Source of the DNA: Verrucomicrobiales bacterium
GTDB lineage: Bacteria > Verrucomicrobiota > Verrucomicrobiia > Limisphaerales > JAFMIX01
DNA: 61,612 nt
Assembly: GCA_017853785.1 (NCBI GenBank)
Contig: JAFMIX010000001.1
Coordinates: forward strand, 1-61,612
Direction of reading: 5' to 3'
In this document: positions 49,808 to 58,447 of the stretch, in pieces
How the letters are laid out: every line of letters starts with the position of its first letter
Numbering within the stretch: the stretch's first letter is position 1
Program-made: the position numbers and the translations under genes
Notes under the pieces: model-generated
Told to the model about the DNA's origin: nothing
What the model saw: the letters and a program-made list of their open reading frames with translations, nothing else
Database searches by the model: none

Positions 49808-50803
49808 TTAGCGGGCGGCTTTGGCTTGAACCAGTTGCCGGGCCAGCCGCATGGCGGCGGCCATGCTGGAGGGATTCGCCCGGTTTTGGCCGGCGATATC
49901 GTAGGCGGTGCCGTGGTCGGGCGAGGTGCGGATGAAGGGGAGTCCCAGCGTCCAGTTCACGCCGGTCTCAAAGCCGATCATTTTCAGCGGCCCCAAACCT
50001 TGGTCGTGATACATGGCCACCACGGCGTCACATTCGCCGCGCAGCGCGTGGTAGAACAGGGCGTCGGCAGGCCACGGCCCGGTGACGGCCAATCGCTGCT
50101 GCTGTGCGGCTTGAATGGCGGGCGTGATGACGGTGATTTCTTCGGTGCCGATCTTGCCGCCTTCGCCGGCGTGGGGATTCAGGCCGCAGACGGCGACGCG
50201 GGCGCGGGGGAGGCCGAGGTCGCGGCAGGCTTGGGCGGCGAGTTCGATGGCGCGGGTGATTTTTTCGGCGGTGAGGTTCTGGGCAACGGCGCGGATGGGG
50301 ACGTGGTTGGTGGCGAGGGCGACGCGGAGCCAGCGGCCTTGTTCGTCGTGGCCGAGGAGCATCATGGTGGTGCGTTCGGTGTGTGCGAGGCTGGAGAGGA
50401 GTTCGGTCTGGCCGACAAAATCCCTGTGGCCAGCGCGGATGATGGTTTCCTTGTTGACGGGGGCGGTAACGAGGGCGGCAAGTTCGCCGCGCAGGCAACG
50501 CTGGGCGCCGTCGTGCAGCCAGGCCATGGCGGCGCGGGCGGCGGCGGGAGCTCCGGGGGGAAGGTTCGGCGGCAGGGATTCCGGGAGCGGCTGGACGATG
50601 GTGAATCTGGCGGTGGCGGCCGCGGCGGAAAAATCTTCGAGCGGCAGGTGGAGGCCGAGTTGCTGGTTGAGTTGCCGCAGGTGCGCGGTGTCGCCGATAA
50701 GCAGGTAGCAGGCGGAATCAGCGGGGTCGGTGGCGGCGAGGGCTTTGAGGGTGACTTCAGGGCCAATGCCGGTGATGTCGCCGAGGGCGATGCCGATGCG
50801 CAT
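49808..50803 (-). CDS. pdxA: 4-hydroxythreonine-4-phosphate dehydrogenase
   Basis: MRIGIALGDITGIGPEV...GLNPHAGEGG...MYHDQGL...TSPDHGTAYDIAG; the canonical PdxA. Confidence 0.93.
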   Translation of the reverse strand: MRIGIALGDITGIGPEVTLKALAATDPADSACYLLIGDTAHLRQLNQQLGLHLPLEDFSAAAATARFTIVQPLPESLPPNLPPGAPAAARAAMAWLHDGAQRCLRGELAALVTAPVNKETIIRAGHRDFVGQTELLSSLAHTERTTMMLLGHDEQGRWLRVALATNHVPIRAVAQNLTAEKITRAIELAAQACRDLGLPRARVAVCGLNPHAGEGGKIGTEEITVITPAIQAAQQQRLAVTGPWPADALFYHALRGECDAVVAMYHDQGLGPLKMIGFETGVNWTLGLPFIRTSPDHGTAYDIAGQNRANPSSMAAAMRLARQLVQAKAAR

Positions 50804-50815
50804 GGTAGCGGAGGG

Positions 50816-51775
50816 CTAGAAGTAGCGGACGAAGGTTTTCTTTTTGAGGCGGTTGATCCAGTCCTGCTGGATTTTGGCGCGTTCCTGGGCTTGGATAGTT
50901 TTCTCGATCTCGTCGCGGAGTTCGCTCAAGGGGCGGATCTGGGCGGGGCGGGTTTCCTCGACGAGCATGAGGTAGCAGGCGTCGGGGGTTTCGATGACGT
51001 CGCTGTGTTGACCGGCTTTGAGGGCGAAGGCGACGGTGGCGAGTTCGGCGCGGAGGACGGAGCGTTGGATCCAGCCCCAGTCGCCGCCTTGGGTGCGTTG
51101 GGAGCCGGTGGAGTAGACGGCGGCCATTTCGCTGAAGGAGGCTTCGGTGGCGATCTTGCCGAGGATTTCGGTGGCGAGTCCTTTGCGGCCTTCAGCGGTA
51201 GGGGCGGCGGTGGCGTCGAGGACAATCATGCGGAGTTTGATCTGGTCCTCCATGCGGAATTGTTCCTGGTTGGCATTGTAGTAGGCTTCGATCTTGAGGG
51301 GGGAAATGATGACGTTGGCGGAGACGTGTTTGCCGCGCATGGCGTCGATGATGATCTGGTCTTTGATCTGTTGCCGGAAGGTTTCGTAGGTGAGGTTTTC
51401 GGCCTTGAGGGTTTTGGTGAGGGTGGCGCGGTCACCGAAGCGGGTGCGGATGCGTTCCTGAACGCCTTCTTCGGTGACGTTTTCGGGGAGGCTGTAGCCG
51501 GAGCTTTTGAATTCGTGGAGGATCAACTGACGTTGCACGAGGTCTTCGAGCGAGTCGTTGAGGGTTTCGGTGAGTTTTTTCTGAAAGGTTTCGGGTTGGA
51601 GGGCGTAGCGGCTGCGGAGGAGTTCGATGGCGCGGCTGGCATTGGCTTCGACCTGCTGGTAGGTGATGACGGTGCTGCCGACGATGGCTTTGACGCCGTT
51701 GGCGAGTTCGGCGTTGGCGGGGGTGGCAAGGCGCAGCAGCGCACCGATGAGCAGTATCTGGAAGGCATTTTTCAT
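50816..51775 (-). CDS. surA: SurA-like periplasmic peptidyl-prolyl isomerase/chaperone
   Basis: From ATG at 51775: signal peptide MKNAFQILLIGALLRLATPANA, a SurA_N-like region, and a single parvulin segment (...GGDWGWIQRSVLRAELATVAFALKAGQHSDVIETPDACYLMLV). The surA-pdxA adjacency matches E. coli. Confidence 0.8.
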   Translation of the reverse strand: MKNAFQILLIGALLRLATPANAELANGVKAIVGSTVITYQQVEANASRAIELLRSRYALQPETFQKKLTETLNDSLEDLVQRQLILHEFKSSGYSLPENVTEEGVQERIRTRFGDRATLTKTLKAENLTYETFRQQIKDQIIIDAMRGKHVSANVIISPLKIEAYYNANQEQFRMEDQIKLRMIVLDATAAPTAEGRKGLATEILGKIATEASFSEMAAVYSTGSQRTQGGDWGWIQRSVLRAELATVAFALKAGQHSDVIETPDACYLMLVEETRPAQIRPLSELRDEIEKTIQAQERAKIQQDWINRLKKKTFVRYF

Positions 51776-51857
51776 GCGAGTGGAGGGATGGTAGGTCAGG
51801 GGTTTGGTGCGGTCAAGTGTGGTGGGCAGGAGGGGCAACCCTGCGGCGGGAAAGGTT

Positions 51858-54154
<2,297 letters not shown>

Positions 54155-54158
<4 letters not shown>

Positions 54159-54871
54159 TTTGCGGGGGCGGCCGGATTGGGGGAATTCAGGATGAAGTCC
54201 ACGCGCACCTCGCCTTGTTCGGGCACGGTGATTTCCCGGGTTTGGATGGGCAGACGTTCGTGCCAGACTTTCAGGCGGTAGTTGCCTGCGGGAACTTTCG
54301 GAATCAGATAATTATTCCGGTAGTCGGTGCCGGTGAACCAAGGGTTTTCCAACACGAGCACGGTGCCGCTCATGTTGGCGTAAATGGAGCAGAACACGTC
54401 CGCGCGTCCAGGTTTGGCAAAGGTCCACCTGTGCGGGTCGTCGCCTTCCCGGGAGAGGGGAAATTCAAACATCGCGACCTCGGACAGGGAAAACAATTTG
54501 TGATACACGGTGTCTTCATTCCGCCATTCCACGGTGGTGCCGACGAGCACGGGCAGCACGTGCGGGGAAAAGACGGAGTTGTTGTTCGCGTCGCGCCGGA
54601 CTTGAATGGTGACGGGAGTGCGGGGTGGTGGAAAATTTGTCCCGGTTTCGCTTTCAAGGAAGACGACAAAATCGCGCAGCGGCGGTTGGTTGGTGCGGGT
54701 GATGCCCGTTTCGGCCGGAGCACTGTCTGTGCGGGGGGGATTGCCCGTGATCTGAATCTGACCGCGCACGGTGCCGGCCGCGGCCGCGGCCGCCAGCCCG
54801 AGGCTGGCAGCTGCAGCGAGACAAAGCATTATGGGTGAACCGCGCAGCATATCGTGTTTCGCGTTGAGCAT
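54155..54871 (-). CDS. secreted cupredoxin-like plus carboxypeptidase-regulatory-like domain protein
   Basis: Ala-rich signal peptide. A cupredoxin-like segment (VLVGTTVEWRNEDTVYHKLFS...GRADVFCSIYANMSGTVLVLE), then the PAGNYRLKVWHERL...VRVDF beta-sandwich pattern. The stop overlaps the kinase ATG (ATGA at 54155-54158). Confidence 0.65.
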
Positions 54872-54982
54872 CCGCTTCGGGGCAAAATCATCCGCCGCCG
54901 CCGCGCCACCCGTCCTTTGCCAGCAAAAGGCGTGACAATCTCATCGGAAACGTCGCGAATCTATGGGGCGATTTGCCTTGGG

Positions 54983-55384
54983 TCAAGTCCCGCAGCCAAT
55001 CGAGATTGCGGCGATGGCAGCAAAAAACCGGCGGGTCGCCGGACGCGCCGGTGGTGTCTGGGAATCCGATTGCTTGCCGAGCAGATTGCCGACGGCACTC
55101 TTCGTGGAATCGGCCGTCTTGCCGGCCAAGGCTTTCTGGATTTCAGCCTTGAGGGCAGCCACAAGCTTTTGCTGGGCGGCGGTCAGTTTCAAGCCGATCA
55201 GGTTGTTGAGGGCGGCAAGGGCGTCCTCAAAATCGCCGGCGCCGATGAGGCTCTGGGCTTGCTTGATGATGGCATCCGCCTTGTCGGTGGCCTGCTTGGC
55301 GGCTTCCTGCGCGGCGGTGGCGACGTCTTTCACGGCGTCCAGCGTGCGATTTTGTAGCTGGCAGAACGGCCCACCCGAAGCCAA
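54983..55384 (-). CDS. hypothetical Ala/Lys/Gln-rich helical protein (doubtful)
   Basis: 133-codon ORF with only a TTG start, or an internal GTG, and no in-frame ATG. Sequence ...VKDVATAAQEAAKQATDKADAIIKQAQSLIGAGDFEDALAAL.... A predicted terminator lies inside its 3' end, so the real extent is unclear. Confidence 0.3.
   Translation of the reverse strand: MASGGPFCQLQNRTLDAVKDVATAAQEAAKQATDKADAIIKQAQSLIGAGDFEDALAALNNLIGLKLTAAQQKLVAALKAEIQKALAGKTADSTKSAVGNLLGKQSDSQTPPARPATRRFFAAIAAISIGCGT
55021..55043 (-). terminator. putative rho-independent terminator downstream of the ABC operon
   Basis: Minus-strand reading CCGGCGaccCGCCGGtttttt: a 6-bp GC stem, a 3-nt loop and T6. An extended 7-bp pairing ACCGGCG/CGCCGGT is also possible, out to 55052. 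Confidence 0.5.
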
Positions 55385-55393
55385 GCGCAGCGC

Positions 55394-56206
55394 TCAGATG
55401 TAATTCTGGCGCAGCAGTTCCGCCACGCCGGCATCCAATTGCTCGCGGCGGCGCACCGCGTCGAAGCGGTTCAGCAGATCCTCCGGCCGCACGCGCTCGC
55501 GCTCCGCCCCGCGCAGGTCATGCAAGACCTGCCCGCGATGCATCATGACGATCCGATCCCCGAGATGCACGGCCTGCTGCATGGAATGCGTGACCATCAG
55601 CGTGGTGAGCTTGTCGCGCTGGATGATCTCGTGCGTCAACCGGATGACCTGGTCGGCGCTCTTGGGATCCAGCGCGGCGGTGTGCTCGTCCAGCAGCAGC
55701 AGATCCGGCTTGAGCCAGGAGGCCATGAGCAGCGTCAGCGCCTGCCGCTGCCCGCCCGAGAGGCTGCCGATGGCGTTGTCGATGCGGTCTTCCAGCCCCA
55801 TGTTGAGGGAGCGGATGCGGTCACGGATCTGTTGACGCAGCTTGTGGTTGAGCGCCCAACCGAGGCCGCGCGGCTGGCCGCGCCGGGCGGCCAGGGCAAG
55901 ATTCTCGGCGATGCTCATGCTGGGCGCGGTGCCGCTGAAGGGATTCTGGAACACGCGCCCGATCAATCGCGCGCGCCGGTGCTCGGGCTGGCGGGTGATG
56001 TCCTGATCCGCCAGCCGGATGCGGCCGGAATCGACCAGGAACGTGCCGGCCACCGCGTTGAGCAGGGTGGATTTGCCGCTGCCGTTGGTGCCGATAATGA
56101 TCAAGAACGAGCCCCGTTCCAACGTGAGCGTCACTCCCCGCAAAGCCCGCACCTCGTTGGGCGTGCCGGGATTGAACGTCTTGATGAGATTATGAAGTTC
56201 GAGCAT
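55394..56206 (-). CDS. ABC transporter ATP-binding protein (COG1101-type, partner of PF04392 binding proteins)
   Basis: Walker A GTNGSGKST, Q-loop, signature LSGGQRQ, Walker B LLLLDEHTAALD, H-loop MVTHS. 270 aa. Confidence 0.93.
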   Translation of the reverse strand: MLELHNLIKTFNPGTPNEVRALRGVTLTLERGSFLIIIGTNGSGKSTLLNAVAGTFLVDSGRIRLADQDITRQPEHRRARLIGRVFQNPFSGTAPSMSIAENLALAARRGQPRGLGWALNHKLRQQIRDRIRSLNMGLEDRIDNAIGSLSGGQRQALTLLMASWLKPDLLLLDEHTAALDPKSADQVIRLTHEIIQRDKLTTLMVTHSMQQAVHLGDRIVMMHRGQVLHDLRGAERERVRPEDLLNRFDAVRRREQLDAGVAELLRQNYI

Positions 56207-56210
56207 GGCG

Positions 56211-57149
56211 TCAGGTGGCGGTGGGTTTGGCGGCGGGGCGCAATTTGCGCAGCACGGCGGGCATGACGAGGGCGGCGAAAACGAACACCGCCGTGATCAG
56301 TTTAAGGTCGTTGGGATTGAGTCCCCAGCGGAGCGCGATGGCCACCAGCAGGCGGAACAGCACCGAACCCATCACCGCCCCGGTGATGAGCAGGCCGATT
56401 TTGTTGGTGCCGACCAGCGCCTCCCCGATGATGACGCTCGCCAGCCCCCACACGACCATGCCGATGCCCATCTGCACATCCACAAAGCCCTGATACTGGG
56501 CCAGCAGCGCCCCGGACAGGGCGATCAGCCCGTTGGAAAGCGCCAGCCCGAGGATGATGATGAAATCCACGCTCACCCCCAGCGCGCAGATCATCTGGGA
56601 GTTGTCGCCCGTGGCGCGCATGGCGGTGCCGAGGTTGGTGCGGAAAAACAGGTAGAGCGCGAGCCCCACGGCGAGAACCATCAACGTTGCGCCGACCAGC
56701 ATGGCGGCATCGCGGCTGCCCACCGTCCAGCCGGCGAGCAGGAACTCGGATTTGCCGCCGCCCAGAAAACTGCCGGCGAGGGATTCGGCCTGATTGGCCA
56801 GCGTGGATTCATTGAGCAGCGGGATGTTGCTTTTGCCCATCACGTGCAGGTTCACCGAATAAAGCGCGGTCATCACCAAAATCCCGCTCAAAAGCGCGTT
56901 GATCTTGAATTTGGTATGCAGCAGGCCGGTCAGCATGCCCGCCGCCGCCCCGGCCAGAAAACCGATCAGCGTGGCCGCCATCGGCGACCAGTGGTGTACC
57001 AGCAAAATAGACGCCACCGCCGCGCCCAGCGTGATGGAGCCGTCCGCGGTGATGTCGGGAAAGTTGAAGATGCGATAACTGAGATAGACTCCAAGCGCGA
57101 GCAGCGCGAGGATCAGTCCAATGGTGGTGGCCCCGATTAAAAGTGTCAT
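56211..57149 (-). CDS. ABC transporter permease (COG4120-type)
   Basis: 312 aa, about 8-10 TM helices: MTLLIGATTIGLILALLALGVYLSYRIFNFPDITADGSITLGAAV..., resembling the LivH-like permease that accompanies PF04392 binding proteins. Confidence 0.85.
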   Translation of the reverse strand: MTLLIGATTIGLILALLALGVYLSYRIFNFPDITADGSITLGAAVASILLVHHWSPMAATLIGFLAGAAAGMLTGLLHTKFKINALLSGILVMTALYSVNLHVMGKSNIPLLNESTLANQAESLAGSFLGGGKSEFLLAGWTVGSRDAAMLVGATLMVLAVGLALYLFFRTNLGTAMRATGDNSQMICALGVSVDFIIILGLALSNGLIALSGALLAQYQGFVDVQMGIGMVVWGLASVIIGEALVGTNKIGLLITGAVMGSVLFRLLVAIALRWGLNPNDLKLITAVFVFAALVMPAVLRKLRPAAKPTAT

Positions 57150-57158
57150 GACAGGATT

Positions 57159-58436
57159 TCAGGTTTGAGGTGCATGGCCGAATTGGCGCAGCGGGCTGAC
57201 CCAGCAGGCGCCGCGCATGAGGTCCGTCTCGCCCACGCCTTCGAATTCGCGGCCGTCGGCGAGCAGATGCATCACCGTGCCGGCGGCGGCGGAATTTAGC
57301 AAGGGACTCACCGTCTCCGCCAGATCCAGCCGGCCTTTCGGCAGCGGGCGATAAGGGAAAACCGCGGCGTGGAAATGCCCCGCCGCCGCAGTGCCCGGCC
57401 CGACCGGCCGCAAAAACGGCTGGGTGTCCGGCTGCGGTGCGATTTCAGCAAACCCCACGATCAGGGCCAACTGCCGTTCATTGGCGCGCTCCGTGGTGAA
57501 ATTCATCCAGTCCCGCACCTCCGGAAACGCCAGCGGCGACTGCCCCGCCGATTGATCCGGCGAGCGCAGCAAGGTGCCGCCCACCAGGCCGGCCGTCTCC
57601 GCCACGATCACAAAAGCGGCCGCCGGCACCGGCAAGGCCTCGAACGCCCGCGCCACCAGGCCGGACAGTCCGATCACGCCGCGCGGGCTGCGCCCCGCTT
57701 CAAAGCGGATCAGCCGCGAAAAACCGCCGCGCGCCGACAGCCCGTAAAGCAATTGCACCTCGGGCACCAGCTGCCCTTCGGTGACCTGATAATCCGGCAC
57801 GCTGCTGCCATCGGTGGGCATGGCTACCGCGGCCCCGGCCACGGCGAGCAGCTCGCCGTGGCGTCCCCGACCCTCCTCCGCCGTCCGGCCAAACGCGCCC
57901 AGGCCCACGGCCAACAAATCCGGCTCACAGCGCAGGCGCCGGCTGCCGGCGGCGGCCAGTTCGCCGGCGGCAAACGCCTCCGGCCGGCCGTGGAGATAAC
58001 CGGTAAAACCTCCTCCCGCCAGCGGATGCGATTCAAACTCGCATCCGTCCTGCGTCCATAAAGTCGGAGCGCTCACCACGGGTGCGCCGGGCGCGGCGGC
58101 CGCTGCCGGCGCGGGCGCGGCGCCGGGCTTTTCCGCTTTGGCCACGAGCATCGCGGCGATGCCGGACAACTGAAGCACCTCCAGCACGCTGGCGGTGGGC
58201 CGGACCACCCGCAGCGCGCCGCGGACAGCCTTGAGCTGCTTGTGATATTTCAGCAGCACCCGGATGCCGGCGGAGCTGACGTAATCCACGCGGGTGAATT
58301 CCAAATCCACTTGGTGATGGCCCGCCTGGATGGCCGCCTCGATCGCTTGCGCGACCCGGTCGGCCCAATTCGCATCCAGCCGCCCCTGCAATTGCAGTTC
58401 CTGGCGGCCTTCGTGGTGGTGTGTGGTGATTTCCAT
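57159..58436 (-). CDS. STAS-domain protein fused to an uncharacterised C-terminal region of about 300 aa
   Basis: The N-terminal 100 aa or so, LQLQGRLDANWADRVAQAIEAAI..HHQVDLEFTRVDYVSSAGIRVLLKYHKQLKAVRGALRVVRPTASVLEVLQLSGI, follows the SpoIIAA/anti-sigma-antagonist (STAS) pattern, including the DxxxVxYxSSAG segment. An Ala/Pro linker follows, and the remainder is unrecognised. Confidence 0.75.
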   Translation of the reverse strand: MEITTHHHEGRQELQLQGRLDANWADRVAQAIEAAIQAGHHQVDLEFTRVDYVSSAGIRVLLKYHKQLKAVRGALRVVRPTASVLEVLQLSGIAAMLVAKAEKPGAAPAPAAAAAPGAPVVSAPTLWTQDGCEFESHPLAGGGFTGYLHGRPEAFAAGELAAAGSRRLRCEPDLLAVGLGAFGRTAEEGRGRHGELLAVAGAAVAMPTDGSSVPDYQVTEGQLVPEVQLLYGLSARGGFSRLIRFEAGRSPRGVIGLSGLVARAFEALPVPAAAFVIVAETAGLVGGTLLRSPDQSAGQSPLAFPEVRDWMNFTTERANERQLALIVGFAEIAPQPDTQPFLRPVGPGTAAAGHFHAAVFPYRPLPKGRLDLAETVSPLLNSAAAGTVMHLLADGREFEGVGETDLMRGACWVSPLRQFGHAPQT

Positions 58437-58447
58437 GTGGCGGTGAT

